From: Nostoc sp.
GTDB lineage: Bacteria; Cyanobacteriota; Cyanobacteriia; Cyanobacteriales; Nostocaceae
Reading direction: 5' to 3'
Assembly: GCA_036918135.1 (NCBI GenBank)
Contig: JBALDB010000018.1
Location: 64,001-128,000, forward strand
Length of the DNA stretch: 64,000 bases
Under the pieces are notes generated by a model. It was not told where the DNA came from. It searched no databases and saw nothing but the letters and a program-made list of their open reading frames with translations. Both the position numbers and the translations under genes were made by a program. Each line of letters opens with the position of its first letter. Position 1 is the first letter of the stretch. Positions 1-11,280 of this stretch are shown in pieces.

Positions 1-996
1 CATATCTTTTTCAAACTTACCAGTGCAGACCCGGACAAATGCGACGCGATCGCGGTGTTTCGGGTCCATGTTTGCTTGCAGTTTGAACACAAACCCAGAA
101 AACTCTGGGTATGTGGGAGGAACTTCACCAACAGTGCTGTTGTGAGAACCGGGTTTGAGGGCATAGTCTAGGAAGTACTTGAGGAATAACTCTACCCCAA
201 AATTTGTCATGGCGCTACCAAAGAATACTGGCGTCATTTTGCCTTCATGTATCAACTGCAAATCTAGCTCTGGGCCAACTCCATCTAACAGTTCTAGATC
301 GTTTTTCAGTTGATAGTACAGGTCTTGTTCTAGCAGCTGTTCTATTCTTCGATCGCCTAATTCTACTATCGTATCACGAGCTTCTCGGCTGCCGTGGGCA
401 CTGCGTTCAAACAAGTGAATTTGTTGCTTGTGTCGGTCAAAGACACCTTTAAAGCGATCGCCCATGCCGATCGGCCAGTTTACGGCATAAGTTTGCAATC
501 CCAATTCTTGCTCAATCTCGTCTAAAAGTTCTAGAGGTTCTCTTCCTGGGCGATCGAGCTTGTTGACAAATGTAAAAATCGGGATACCCCGCAGCTTACA
601 CACTTCAAACAATTTGCGGGTTTGCGGTTCTAAACCTTTGGCCACATCAATCAGCATCACTGCATTATCAGCGGCAGCCAGAGTTCGATAAGTATCTTCA
701 CTGAAATCCTGGTGACCAGGTGTATCTAATAAATTTATTTGGCAGTTCTGGTATGCAAATTGCAACACCGTGGAAGTAATCGAAATACCCCGTTGTTGTT
801 CCATCGCCATCCAATCTGACGTAGCTTTACGCTGTGCCCGTCGCGCCTTGACCGCCCCAGCTTCGTGAATTGCACCTCCGTATAGCAGTAGCTTTTCTGT
901 CAGTGTAGTTTTACCAGCATCAGGGTGAGATATAATTGCAAAGTTGCGCCGAAGTTCAACTGCGCGATCGAGTTCAGACTCAAGTTCAATTGACAT
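1..996 (-). CDS. prfC: Peptide chain release factor 3 (5' part; runs off the window start)
   Basis: Manual minus-strand translation from ATG at 996 gives [35 protein letters not shown]..., and later [16 protein letters not shown], both RF3 GTPase motifs. Not in the ORF track because the stop lies outside the window. Confidence 0.96.
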   Translation of the reverse strand, partial: MSIELESELDRAVELRRNFAIISHPDAGKTTLTEKLLLYGGAIHEAGAVKARRAQRKATSDWMAMEQQRGISITSTVLQFAYQNCQINLLDTPGHQDFSEDTYRTLAAADNAVMLIDVAKGLEPQTRKLFEVCKLRGIPIFTFVNKLDRPGREPLELLDEIEQELGLQTYAVNWPIGMGDRFKGVFDRHKQQIHLFERSAHGSREARDTIVELGDRRIEQLLEQDLYYQLKNDLELLDGVGPELDLQLIHEGKMTPVFFGSAMTNFGVELFLKYFLDYALKPGSHNSTVGEVPPTYPEFSGFVFKLQANMDPKHRDRVAFVRVCTGKFEKDM

Positions 997-1120
997 AACT
1001 GTATTTGTTTGTAACTTAACTTAATTTTTTTTGACTTTGGCAAGTCTTTTAATCTTAAGACAACGATGCTCGTGATAGGGTCGTAATATAACCAACAATC
1101 TGACTAAATAGGAGAAACGA

Positions 1121-1480
1121 ATGTACGACACAGACAAGCGAAAGCTTTTATCGGCCTTGTCTCATGGAGCTATTTTTTTTAGTACCGCTATTGTATCTGT
1201 AGGTATACCTATTGCCATACTGCTGGTATCTGACGATCCTATTGTTAAAGAAAACGCCAAAGAATCCATCAATTTCCACTTTAATGTCTGGTTTTATGGA
1301 GCGATTCTAGGAGCGCTGTTTATTTTATTCGGTTGGTTGGTCTTACCGCTATTGTTACTGGGACCATTAGCAGGTATTGGCTATTTTTTGCATTGGGGAC
1401 TAACAATTTGGGCAATCACGCAGGTTTTTAGCAATCCTGATATACCTTTTCGCTATCCCTTTATTTTCCGAGTTTTTTAG
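1121..1480 (+). CDS. DUF4870/Tic20-like small membrane protein
   Basis: 119 aa with three hydrophobic segments, a KENAKESINF motif and a C-terminal FRYPFI. AGGAG RBS upstream. Confidence 0.75.
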   Translation: MYDTDKRKLLSALSHGAIFFSTAIVSVGIPIAILLVSDDPIVKENAKESINFHFNVWFYGAILGALFILFGWLVLPLLLLGPLAGIGYFLHWGLTIWAITQVFSNPDIPFRYPFIFRVF

Positions 1481-2040
1481 CATAAATTCTCGGCATCGGG
1501 CATTGGGCATTGGTAATTATGGGTTATTTTTTATTTTTGTTGTTGTACCTTGATGCAGACAACTAATAGCCGGATTTTACCAGCAGAGGGTGTAAGAATC
1601 TTCAATTCGTCAATTTTGAATCATTTATTGTTTATAGATACAATGCCCTATGCCCATTTTTCATTTGTAATATTGTTTTTTTAGTTCGTTAGATACATGT
1701 CAGAATAATTTGTAATTGATAATGATGCTTCTATGTTGCTAACGCTACGAAGACAGTAATTCGTAATTTTCATCCTAGACTTTAATCGGGGGCTTGAAAA
1801 AGGCTGACTATTTTTTATCTCCATCTAATGAATTGAGAGGTTTGTACCATTAATTACGAATTGGTGATTATTTGGTCAGCCAAGCTGTAAAATACAAAAT
1901 TGCCCCACAGTCTCGATTAAGAGTAGGGCAAATGTCAGTTAAGCTACTTATTGTAGTCTGTCTGATGGCAGGAAAGTTTTATCCTGTTTTTGTGACGCTT
2001 TGTTTTGTGTCCATTTGCGTTGTTTTTCTGAAGAAAATTT

Positions 2041-3021
2041 ATGTTTCCTACACATCGCCCCCGCCGTCTGCGTACCCATCCCCAACTGCGCCGAATGGTT
2101 CGTGAAACTGTTTTGACAACAAGCGATTTCATTTACCCACTATTTGCCGTACCAGGTGAAGGAATCGCTAATGAGGTCAAATCCATGCCCGGAGTGTACC
2201 AGCTTTCGGTAGATAAAATTGTCGAGGAAGCAAAAGAAGTTTATGATTTAGGAATTCCTGCAATCATTCTATTTGGTATTCCAGCTGATAAAGATGTGGA
2301 TGCCACTGGTGCTTGGCATGATTGCGGTATCGTCCAAAAAGCTGCAACTGCCGTAAAAGCAGCAGTACCTGATTTGATTATAGTTGCTGATACTTGTTTG
2401 TGTGAGTATACCAGTCACGGACACTGTGGTTATTTGCAAGTTGGTGATTTAACAGGACGAGTTTTAAATGACCCAACCCTAGAATTGTTGAAAAAAACAG
2501 CAGTTTCCCAAGCAAACGCCGGTGCTGATATCATTGCGCCTTCGGGGATGATGGATGGCTTTGTACAAGCAATTCGTCAGGGTTTGGATGAAGCTGGATT
2601 CCAAGACACACCGATTTTGTCTTATGCTGCTAAGTATGCTTCGGCTTATTATGGACCATTTCGGGATGCAGCAGATTCGACGCCGCAATTTGGAGACAGA
2701 AGAACTTACCAAATGGACCCAGGTAATGGTCGCGAAGCAATTAAAGAAATTGAATTAGATATTGCTGAAGGTGCTGATATGCTCATGGTTAAGCCAGCTT
2801 TGGCATACATGGACATTATCTGGCGCGTAAAGGAAGCGAGTAATTTACCTGTTGCGGCTTACAATGTTTCTGGTGAGTATTCGATGGTGAAAGCTGCGGC
2901 TCTGAATGGTTGGGTGGATGAGCAACGTGTGGTTTTGGAAACTTTAACTGGGTTTAAACGCGCTGGGGCAGATTTGATTTTGACTTATCATGCTAAAGAT
3001 GCAGCGCGATGGTTAAAGTAG
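2041..3021 (+). CDS. hemB: Porphobilinogen synthase (delta-aminolevulinate dehydratase)
   Basis: RPRRLR N-terminus, [14 protein letters not shown] zinc site, [23 protein letters not shown]. Confidence 0.98.
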   Translation: MFPTHRPRRLRTHPQLRRMVRETVLTTSDFIYPLFAVPGEGIANEVKSMPGVYQLSVDKIVEEAKEVYDLGIPAIILFGIPADKDVDATGAWHDCGIVQKAATAVKAAVPDLIIVADTCLCEYTSHGHCGYLQVGDLTGRVLNDPTLELLKKTAVSQANAGADIIAPSGMMDGFVQAIRQGLDEAGFQDTPILSYAAKYASAYYGPFRDAADSTPQFGDRRTYQMDPGNGREAIKEIELDIAEGADMLMVKPALAYMDIIWRVKEASNLPVAAYNVSGEYSMVKAAALNGWVDEQRVVLETLTGFKRAGADLILTYHAKDAARWLK

Positions 3022-3520
3022 GGTGGGCAATTGAATAGTAACGATTTAATAAATCTCACGCAAAGACGCGAAGGTGCAAAATTTTTTGTATTTTGGTGTT
3101 TGGGCGTGAGATTATTGTATTTTGGGTTTGACTAGTGCAAAATTTCAAATATTGAATTACTGAATATGAAGCACAAGATTTAAAAATTCAATATTTTAAA
3201 CTTTTATAACGTTTTGTATTCGTCCATTGATTCGTAATCAAAGCACAGGTTAATACATTTTAGTAGCCCAAAAACTTAAGATAAACAATGTTTTCATTTG
3301 TTCTACGGTAGGCATATTTAAAATAATGCGTAATTCATAATTCAAGTTAGTTTGAGACGCTGATTTAGCCGCATTTCTCTCAATTACTGCGATGTCTGCA
3401 ACTACTACGCCTGCGTATTAATCGTAACCTTTATCTAGACGATGTTTTGGACTTTTTTAATGGCTAATAACTAAATTGGTTAATTTTTCAATGTTGGCTA
3501 ATTACATTTCATGTACATTT

Positions 3521-3536
3521 TGTAAGTGATAATACA
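3521..3536. promoter_or_regulatory. Candidate NtcA-binding site upstream of the XRE regulator
   Basis: TGTA-AGTGATAA-TACA matches tGTA-N8-TACa exactly. No -10 box was seen about 22 nt downstream, and the region is AT-rich. Confidence 0.4.
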
Positions 3537-3674
3537 CAAAAAAAAGATTCCATCGTTTGCCAGAGGGCGAGGCGATCGCTTATAAAAGAAGATAGTTAAT
3601 AAATTTTTCTCAATTGGCATTTAATGTCAATTGATTTAACAAAAGCATTCAATATTTTCGAGGGAGCATGGGAT

Positions 3675-3965
3675 ATGGATATGCAAGTCCTGAGAGAGCG
3701 TGCTGGTCTTAGCCGTGCAGAGGTTGCCTTCAGGCTTGCAATCAGTGAAACCAGTGTTCGCAACTGGGAAGCTGGGCGTACTGAACCTACAATGACGCCA
3801 AAAAAATATTTAGATGCTTTGCATCTGTTCAAATGTACACCTGAAGAGTTGGCAACGGCAAGTGAAAAGTCAATAAATCAGCGACATAAACGCAAACCAG
3901 GTAGACCGAGACGCTTTGCACAGACTCAAGTATCTCAAGTAACTGATTCTCCAGTTTGTAACTGA
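3675..3965 (+). CDS. XRE-family HTH regulator with a C-terminal AT-hook-like motif
   Basis: LRERAGLSRAEVAFRLAISETSVRNWEAGRTEP is a Cro/XRE HTH, followed by KRKPGRPRR. Start placed at ATG 3675, after a GGGAG RBS. Confidence 0.85.
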   Translation: MDMQVLRERAGLSRAEVAFRLAISETSVRNWEAGRTEPTMTPKKYLDALHLFKCTPEELATASEKSINQRHKRKPGRPRRFAQTQVSQVTDSPVCN

Positions 3966-4631
3966 TAACTTGCTTACTAAAAGTTGAGTATATGGCTTGT
4001 TCGGGGTAAAGACTTGAAAAATCCGATAGAATCTAACTTAAGAATATAGATTTATTGATTTGCAATTTATAATCAAAAATTCGCTAGCTGTCTTCGTAAC
4101 CTAATGTTTCTCAGGTACTGGTGCATTAAGCTGATATGAACTCAACACTAGTCAGGCATTTGACCATCAGCTACTCATTGTGCCCCTGTTATGCAGCTAA
4201 AGTTTGAAGTTTAATTTTGCTTTAGTGAAGAGAGTTCCACTTCTACCACTGCTTGAAATATAGAATTTTGCTCTTGATGGACAAATTTCTCATACCTGAA
4301 GTGTAGAAAATTAGCAAAGTTCTCCGAATCTGTTTGATGGCTGAGGAAACATATACTACCGTGTATTTACGTAGGTATGAGAATTGAGTAGCAACTTTGA
4401 TATAGTTGTCTCTGCTATTTATCTCTGTTTAGGGGGAAAATAGCAATTAAACAGACACTACAGGAGATGAAAAATTACAAATAATCATCAAAGCAACTTT
4501 TTAGCAATTCTTAGGTCTATGCCTGGGGCGGTTCATTTAGACAACCAAACTCCAACTAGTGCGATCGCTCACGGTATTTGCCACAGCCACACGATAAAAT
4601 TCTAAAACCATAATCGTACTAAAAGGTCTAA

Positions 4632-5615
4632 ATGGCAGAAACACTATTCTTCAACGCCTTGCGTGAAGCCATTGACGAAGAAATGGCGCGTGACTCCAGC
4701 GTATTTGTTCTTGGTGAAGACGTGGGACACTACGGCGGCTCCTACAAAGTTACCAAAGACCTGTACCAAAAGTATGGCGAACTCCGAATTCTAGACACCC
4801 CCATCGCCGAAAACAGCTTTACCGGCTTGGCAGTGGGAGCAGCCATGACTGGGTTGCGCCCCATCATCGAAGGTATGAATATGGGCTTTTTACTCCTAGC
4901 CTTCAATCAAATATCTAACAACGCTGGGATGCTGCGCTATACTTCCGGAGGTAACTTCAAAATTCCGATGGTCATTCGCGGCCCTGGAGGTGTAGGACGG
5001 CAGCTAGGGGCTGAACATTCCCAGCGACTAGAAACCTACTTCCAAGCGGTGCCAGGTTTGAAGATTGTTGCCTGTTCCACACCCAGAAACGCTAAAGGAT
5101 TACTAAAATCAGCGATCCGCGATGATAACCCAGTCTTATTCTTTGAACACGTTCTCCTTTACAACTTAAAAGAAGACTTACCAGAAGAAGAATACCTGCT
5201 GCCCCTAGATAAAGCAGAAGTTGTGCGTAAAGGTAAAGATGTCACAATTATAACTTATTCACGGATGCGCCATCATGTACTGCAAGCAGTAAAAACATTG
5301 GAAAAACAAGGATACGATCCAGAAGTTATTGATTTAATATCTCTCAAACCATTAGATTTTGATACCATTGGTGCATCAATAAGAAAAACCCATAAAGTCA
5401 TTGTAGTGGAAGAATCCATGCGAACTGCGGGTATAGGAGCAGAAGTCATCGCTTCAATTAACGATCGCTTATTCGATGAATTGGATGCACCAGTACTGCG
5501 GCTTTCTTCCCAAGATATTCCTACACCATATAACGGTAATCTGGAGCGATTAACAATTGTCCAACCAGAGCAAATAGTGGAAGCTGTAGAAAAAATGGTA
5601 GCTTTGCGGGTGTAG
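4632..5615 (+). CDS. pdhB: Pyruvate dehydrogenase E1 beta subunit
   Basis: [23 protein letters not shown] and GAEHSQ motifs; 327 aa. Confidence 0.97.
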   Translation: MAETLFFNALREAIDEEMARDSSVFVLGEDVGHYGGSYKVTKDLYQKYGELRILDTPIAENSFTGLAVGAAMTGLRPIIEGMNMGFLLLAFNQISNNAGMLRYTSGGNFKIPMVIRGPGGVGRQLGAEHSQRLETYFQAVPGLKIVACSTPRNAKGLLKSAIRDDNPVLFFEHVLLYNLKEDLPEEEYLLPLDKAEVVRKGKDVTIITYSRMRHHVLQAVKTLEKQGYDPEVIDLISLKPLDFDTIGASIRKTHKVIVVEESMRTAGIGAEVIASINDRLFDELDAPVLRLSSQDIPTPYNGNLERLTIVQPEQIVEAVEKMVALRV

Positions 5616-5618
5616 AGA

Positions 5619-5885
5619 CTGGGGCTGGGGAGATGGGGGAGTGTGGGCAGATGAGGAGATGGGGGAAAAGATGAGGAGATGGGGGAGTGTGGGGAGAAAG
5701 GGGGGAAAGATTTCTTTCCTATCCTCCTACACCCCCTTTTCCTCCCACCCCTGCATTTCTTGCCCATCCTCCCACACCTCCAAAACCTCCTTTTCCTCCC
5801 ACCCCTGCATTTCTTGCCCATCCTCCCATACCTCCAAAACCTCCCACACTTCCTGTTTGCCCAATGCCCAATCCTCAATCCCCAT
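5619..5885. repeat. Purine-rich/pyrimidine-rich intergenic repeat containing a 54-bp tandem duplication
   Basis: GGGGAGATG/GGGGAGTGT-type arm at 5620-5710 faces a complementary C-rich arm. 5735-5788 and 5789-5842 are direct copies with one mismatch. Confidence 0.85.
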
Positions 5886-5939
5886 TCATAACTCTACAAA
5901 AGAGCGCTATTATAGCCTTTGTCAGTTGCGAGTTATGGT

Positions 5940-7352
5940 ATGCAAAGACAGCGATCGCTATTAATCTTGATTTTGGTTCTGGTAATCGCCGCGATAACGG
6001 TGATTGCTACAATTCCGATACCTCTTGGACTTGACTTGCGGGGAGGTTCACAGCTAACAATTCAGGTAAGACCATCAGCGGAAATTCCCAAAATCACTGA
6101 ACGAGAATTGGAAGGTGTGAAGAAAGTTGTCGAAGGTCGAATTAATGGTTTGGGTGTTTCTGAGCCAGTGATCCAAACAGTCGGCGCAGATAAGATATTG
6201 GTGCAACTACCAGGGGTCAACGACCCAGAGCAAGCCGAACGGGTGCTAGGAGGTACGGCGCAGTTAGAATTCCGCACGCAAAAGCCGAATACAGAAACTC
6301 AACTGTTAGCTTTCCAAGCATCGCGAAATCAATTGAAGGCAAAACAAGAAGAGTTGAGAAAGAGTAACGATAAAGCAGGAATTACTAAAAATCAAGAAGA
6401 TTTACAGAAAAATAATCAAGCGATCGCCCAATTGTTTGAAAGCACCAATCCCCCGCTAATTGGTAAATACCTCAAGGATGCTTATGGCGAACCCACTCAA
6501 GGTAACAATTGGAATGTTGCCATTCGCTTCGACCAAAAGGGTGGTGAACTTTTTGCTCAACTGACGAAAAACCTTGCTGGTACTGGGCGTAGTATTGGTG
6601 TTTTTCTCGACAATGAATTGATCAGCGCTCCTACCGTCGGTATTGAATTTGCCTCTACTGGTATTACTGGAGGCTCTGCTGTAATTACAGGTCGGTTTAC
6701 TGCACAAGAAGCTAATGACTTAGGTGTGCAGCTACGCGGTGGCGCATTACCTGTACCAGTAGAAATCGCAGAAAGGCGGACAGTAGGTGCAACCTTGGGT
6801 AAAGATAGCATTCAAAGCAGTATTTATGCTGGGGTCGGTGGTTTAACTTTAGTATTAATATTTATGGTGGTTTACTATCGACTACCAGGATTGATTGCGG
6901 ATGTGTCACTAGTAATCTACTCCCTCTTGACTTGGGCAACCTTTGGTTTATTGGGTGTCACCCTAACTTTGCCAGGAATTGCTGGTTTTATTCTCAGTAT
7001 TGGGATGGCGGTTGATGCCAACGTGCTAATTTTTGAAAGGACACGAGAAGAATTGCGAGTTGGTAAATCTCTATATCGTTCTGTGGAATCTGGTTTTTAC
7101 CGAGCATTTTCTAGTATTTTAGATAGCAACGTTACTACGTGGATTGCTTGTGCTGCTCTGTTTTGGCTGGGGTCTGGTTTAGTCAAGGGCTTTGCTCTTA
7201 CCTTAGCTTTAGGGGTGGCTGTAAGTATGTTTACGGCAATTACTTGTAGTCGGACATTGCTGTTTTTGGCAATTGCAATTCCGTCGTTACGGAAGACAGA
7301 ACTTTTCTGTCCAAACCTGCCAGTGTCGAATAAGGCAGAGGTGGCTAGATGA
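5940..7352 (+). CDS. secD: Protein translocase subunit SecD
   Basis: [29 protein letters not shown] motifs. Confidence 0.97.
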   Translation: MQRQRSLLILILVLVIAAITVIATIPIPLGLDLRGGSQLTIQVRPSAEIPKITERELEGVKKVVEGRINGLGVSEPVIQTVGADKILVQLPGVNDPEQAERVLGGTAQLEFRTQKPNTETQLLAFQASRNQLKAKQEELRKSNDKAGITKNQEDLQKNNQAIAQLFESTNPPLIGKYLKDAYGEPTQGNNWNVAIRFDQKGGELFAQLTKNLAGTGRSIGVFLDNELISAPTVGIEFASTGITGGSAVITGRFTAQEANDLGVQLRGGALPVPVEIAERRTVGATLGKDSIQSSIYAGVGGLTLVLIFMVVYYRLPGLIADVSLVIYSLLTWATFGLLGVTLTLPGIAGFILSIGMAVDANVLIFERTREELRVGKSLYRSVESGFYRAFSSILDSNVTTWIACAALFWLGSGLVKGFALTLALGVAVSMFTAITCSRTLLFLAIAIPSLRKTELFCPNLPVSNKAEVAR

Positions 7353-8335
7353 AACTGAGTATTAATAAATCGCGATCGCTTTGGTGGACTGTTTCTGCCG
7401 TTATTATCCTTGCTGGTATCATCTCAATGGTGATTTCTTGGCAACAACCGAATATTCACGCACCCCTACGCCCCGGTTTAGATTTTATCGGTGGTACGAG
7501 ATTGCAGTTTGTCCGAGATTGCACCAAACCTGGCAATTGCGACAAACCAATTGATATCAACGCTGTACGGGAAGTAGCAAAAGCGCAGGGATTAGGTGAT
7601 AGTAGCATCCAACTTATCTCGGAAAATGGTGCAGAAAATGGCGTACTAATTCGGACAAAAGATTTGAGTGTCGATCAACGCACCAAGTTACAAAATACTT
7701 TAAGCGAACAAATTGGTGTTTTCGATCCACAAAAAAACCAAATAGACTCTGTTGGCCCTACCTTGGGTAAAGAATTGTTGAGGTCTGGACTATTAGCTCT
7801 GATAGTTTCCTTTATTGGTATTACTGTCTATATGAGCTTCCGTTTCCAGTTAGATTATGCCGTATTTGCGATCGTTGCTTTATTCCACGATATCTCGATC
7901 ACTGTAGGGGCTTTTTCAATTTTGGGTTTGGTGGCAGGCATCGAAGTAGATAGCCTTTTTATTGTCGCCTTACTTACGATTACAGGTTTTTCAGTCAACG
8001 ACACAGTAGTGATTTACGATCGCATTCGAGAAACCATTAAAACCAATCCCGAACGCCCGATTGCCGATATTGTAGATGATGCAGTTAACCAAACCTTATC
8101 AAGGTCAATCAACACTACCTTAACCGTATTACTCACATTAGCTGCTATCTTTTTATTTGGTGGAGAAACACTAAAAAACTTTTCTCTAGCTTTGATTATT
8201 GGCTTCACGATGGGGGCTTATTCAAGTATTTTCATTGCTAGTACTCTCCTTACTTGGTGGCGAGAACGCAAGGGTCAATTCCAGGTGGTAGTCAACGATG
8301 ACTCGATTGATACATCTGTTTCCCAGGATACTTAA
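7349..8335 (+). CDS. secF: Protein translocase subunit SecF
   Basis: [31 protein letters not shown]; overlaps the secD stop. Confidence 0.97.
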   Translation: MKLSINKSRSLWWTVSAVIILAGIISMVISWQQPNIHAPLRPGLDFIGGTRLQFVRDCTKPGNCDKPIDINAVREVAKAQGLGDSSIQLISENGAENGVLIRTKDLSVDQRTKLQNTLSEQIGVFDPQKNQIDSVGPTLGKELLRSGLLALIVSFIGITVYMSFRFQLDYAVFAIVALFHDISITVGAFSILGLVAGIEVDSLFIVALLTITGFSVNDTVVIYDRIRETIKTNPERPIADIVDDAVNQTLSRSINTTLTVLLTLAAIFLFGGETLKNFSLALIIGFTMGAYSSIFIASTLLTWWRERKGQFQVVVNDDSIDTSVSQDT

Positions 8336-8406
8336 ACTTGTATATATTTGAGAATTGGGTGAAAGTATTTTGAATTGCTCACTCACCCCTGGCAATTTTA
8401 TTCCCT

Positions 8407-8820
8407 ATGGATCAACCAGAAGAACCATTAACTAATGTTTCAGACTTTGAGAAATCTGACCCATCGTTTGCTCAACAAGTGCAAAGGCTACATCAACTAA
8501 CAGTATATGGCAGGTGGCTGTTTGTGAGCTGTTTATGGCTTACCATTGCCCCTGTTAGCCTGTGGAATTTACGTACAGAAATTTCTTTGTGGCGACAATA
8601 TTTTACTTGGGTAGCAGTGCGATATGGACTTTTCTATCATCCACTGTCTACTTTTGGTTTAGCTTTTTGTATCGGAATGACCGCTGCTGTATTAGTTTGG
8701 CAAAGTCGTAATATTTTACTGGGATTACCAGAGGAGGAAAAACAACGTTTAGAAAAACAAGTTTATCGAATACGTCAGCAAGGGCCAACTCACCCTTTAT
8801 GGAAGTGGGTTTGTCATTAA
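8407..8820 (+). CDS. Conserved cyanobacterial two-TM hypothetical protein
   Basis: 137-aa ORF co-oriented with secDF, with two hydrophobic segments and a QQGPTHPLWKWV C-terminus. Confidence 0.7.
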   Translation: MDQPEEPLTNVSDFEKSDPSFAQQVQRLHQLTVYGRWLFVSCLWLTIAPVSLWNLRTEISLWRQYFTWVAVRYGLFYHPLSTFGLAFCIGMTAAVLVWQSRNILLGLPEEEKQRLEKQVYRIRQQGPTHPLWKWVCH

Positions 8821-8926
8821 ATGTTGCCTTAGGTGAGTAAATTTTCTCTGGTTGCATATACATATACATATTCGGCAATTTCTAGCAAAATATGATTTAG
8901 CAGTAGCTAAGATATAGCCAAAGTGA

Positions 8927-9403
8927 GTGCCATACATGAACAATCCTCAAATTCAATTTAGCGATCGCAAGTCTGAAATTGACCTTTACCAACTTCAAGA
9001 ATTGTTAAATATTTCAGCTTTCTGGGCAAAAGGCCGCAGTATTGAGGATTTAAGTATAGCTATTGCCAATAGTGAGCCAGTGATTTCCGTATGGGATACT
9101 CAGCGGCTCATTGGCTTTGCTAGAGCAACATCTGATGGCATATATCGCGCAACGATTTGGGATGTTGTGATTCATCCAGAGTATCGAAATAGTGGTTTGG
9201 GAAGCAATTTAGTAGAAACCATTTTGAGTCATCCCCGCATGAGATGGGTTGAACGCGTTTATTTGATGACTACTCACCAACAGGAATTCTACAAAAAGAT
9301 TGGTTTCCAGTCCAACACTACTACTACGATGGTATTGTATAACTTAGCTAATCTTAGTTTCCTTCCTGATACAGAAGTTGAACTTCAACAATCACCTAAA
9401 TAG
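8927..9403 (+). CDS. GNAT family N-acetyltransferase
   Basis: [27 protein letters not shown] acetyl-CoA motif and FYKKIGF. Confidence 0.9.
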   Translation: MPYMNNPQIQFSDRKSEIDLYQLQELLNISAFWAKGRSIEDLSIAIANSEPVISVWDTQRLIGFARATSDGIYRATIWDVVIHPEYRNSGLGSNLVETILSHPRMRWVERVYLMTTHQQEFYKKIGFQSNTTTTMVLYNLANLSFLPDTEVELQQSPK

Positions 9404-9467
9404 TGCCCAGTGCTGAGTTAGGAGTTAAGAGTTATTCTCCTCATCTTTGTTAGTCACCATTCCCTAC

Positions 9468-10379
9468 TCAACACTCAGCACTACTGCATAAGGGAATAGA
9501 AATTTGTAGTCTGCTTAGTTGCTGAGGTGGTTCCTTGATAATCGGAGAAGGCAGGATTTCTAGTTTTCCTCCGAGAACTTGCACCAAAGTTTGATTGATT
9601 AATAGCCTCATTCCTGGAGAAAGAGTAATGTTCTCTAAGTTAACTTGGCTTGGCAGCTCTTCAGATTTAATCGAGTCAATTGGCTCACTCCAGGGTATGG
9701 CATGAGTTGGTATATCCAGCCAAATATTAACAAAATTACTTGTAGAGACGGTATTGCTAGAAATATAAATGCTGCCTTCTTCCATCTGAGTAATCGCAGT
9801 GTCTATTAAACTGATTAATATTTGGCGCAGCCAAAGAGAATCTGCCAAAACATAAATTTCTGGGTCTGCGGGTAACAATTGCAAGGGAAAATTGCGATTT
9901 GCCGCCAGCATATAAGTTAAGTTATAAGCCTCGTGCAAAATATCGGCTAACGGTCTGGGCTGAATATCTAGTTTATTTGTACCATGCTCAATTCTAGCAA
10001 CGTTAAGAATTTCATCCACTAGCTTTAGCAATTTCAGCGTTCGCTCATGAGCTTGGACAAGAAATTCTCGCTCTTCAGCTGGATTTTCACACAGATCTGA
10101 CAAAATTAACTGATGTAAGCCAATTAAACCATTGAGAGGCGATCGCAATTCATGGGTCGTCCGTGCCAAAAAACCAGCTTTAAACTGGCTCATTTCTTTT
10201 GCCATAAAATATGCCAGCTGCGTTTGCTGCATCTGTTGCGATGCTGATGGCATCTGCTGTTGGTCTAATGGTGCTGCTGGCAATAAGCTAGATGAAGTGT
10301 TTGGCCGCGCAAATAACCAACAAAAACCTAGACCTAGTGCTATTCCTGCTCCTAAATATATCCAGTTACTCCAATTCAT
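9468..10379 (-). CDS. Membrane-anchored histidine-kinase-like protein with a degenerate ATPase domain
   Basis: N-terminal TM helix and an intact H-box (FLARTTHELRSPLNGLIG). The N, G1 and G2 boxes are degenerate. Confidence 0.8.
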   Translation of the reverse strand: MNWSNWIYLGAGIALGLGFCWLFARPNTSSSLLPAAPLDQQQMPSASQQMQQTQLAYFMAKEMSQFKAGFLARTTHELRSPLNGLIGLHQLILSDLCENPAEEREFLVQAHERTLKLLKLVDEILNVARIEHGTNKLDIQPRPLADILHEAYNLTYMLAANRNFPLQLLPADPEIYVLADSLWLRQILISLIDTAITQMEEGSIYISSNTVSTSNFVNIWLDIPTHAIPWSEPIDSIKSEELPSQVNLENITLSPGMRLLINQTLVQVLGGKLEILPSPIIKEPPQQLSRLQISIPLCSSAEC

Positions 10380-10477
10380 ATTTTGGCAATTATTAACTTG
10401 TTAATTGACCACAACAGCGCAAATTAAACTTCCGGATTTCTTAATTGTTGAAACCAGGGAAACAACATTATAGCTAT

Positions 10478-11086
10478 CTATATCTGCTTATCATTCGATA
10501 AATCTAACTTTATTGCACCTTGCCGCAAAATCTGCCAATTAATCCCTGTCCATTTGGCAACGGTGGAAGGAATACCCAGTCCTGACATTTCATCCTGGGA
10601 TTCTGTGGTTACCAAAGTCAGAACGTTAGGAAACTGAGCCGTAATTTCAGTCATTTTTTGCAAAGGCGGCTGACCAGAGAAATTAGCGCTAGTAGTGGCA
10701 AGAGGGCCTGTTTGCGCCAAAATAGTTTGAGCGATCGCACTGTTTGGGACTCGAATACCAATTGTACTCGGATCGGTAGGATTCATGATTTTTGGTAAGC
10801 GCTGACTCGCAGGCAAAACTAACGTCATAGCTCCTGGCCAATATTTATCCGTTATTTTTTGCCAAATTTTATACTCGTTTTCACTACCTTGGACATAAGG
10901 CCACAAATCCTCAGCAGTAGCACCCATGAGAATTAGAGGTTTGTCCTGACTCCGTTGCTTAGTTGTAAAAATTAATGCTGCTTTTTCTGGTATCGTCGCC
11001 AGTGCGGGAACCGTGTCTGTAGGAAAGCTTACCAAAAAGCCACTGCGTGCGCCAACTATTAGATTTTCTAGAGAAACTTGGGTCAT
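10478..11086 (-). CDS. tsaC: L-threonylcarbamoyladenylate synthase (TsaC/Sua5/YrdC)
   Basis: FPTDTV, KQRSQDKPL, WPGAMTLVL, TIGIRVP, LATTSANFSG. Start placed at ATG 11086. Confidence 0.92.
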   Translation of the reverse strand: MTQVSLENLIVGARSGFLVSFPTDTVPALATIPEKAALIFTTKQRSQDKPLILMGATAEDLWPYVQGSENEYKIWQKITDKYWPGAMTLVLPASQRLPKIMNPTDPSTIGIRVPNSAIAQTILAQTGPLATTSANFSGQPPLQKMTEITAQFPNVLTLVTTESQDEMSGLGIPSTVAKWTGINWQILRQGAIKLDLSNDKQI

Positions 11087-11280
11087 GTTTGCTGACAATA
11101 TTCGTCCACAACTTTTACTATTGTTGCGGAGGAAGTGGCAGAAAACAGCAAACGGATTGACGAACGCCACTTGCTCAGCGTAGCGTCTGGTAGAGTACCA
11201 GAAATTACGAATTACCAATTAGTAATTATTCGGTCATCCTAAATAACATAAATCTTGAGCAATTACTAAACTTATAATTC

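Noticed and set aside
204..452. Plus-strand 82-aa ORF
   Set aside because: It is an antisense shadow of prfC.
5273..6034. Several overlapping Pro/Gly/Arg-rich ORFs
   Set aside because: They are translations of the low-complexity repeat or antisense to pdhB, with no protein-like motifs.
10431..10436. TCCGGA DIF1-like heterocyst promoter motif (also at 24016-24021)
   Set aside because: No appropriately spaced downstream -10/GTA element was seen, and a 6-mer alone is expected by chance.
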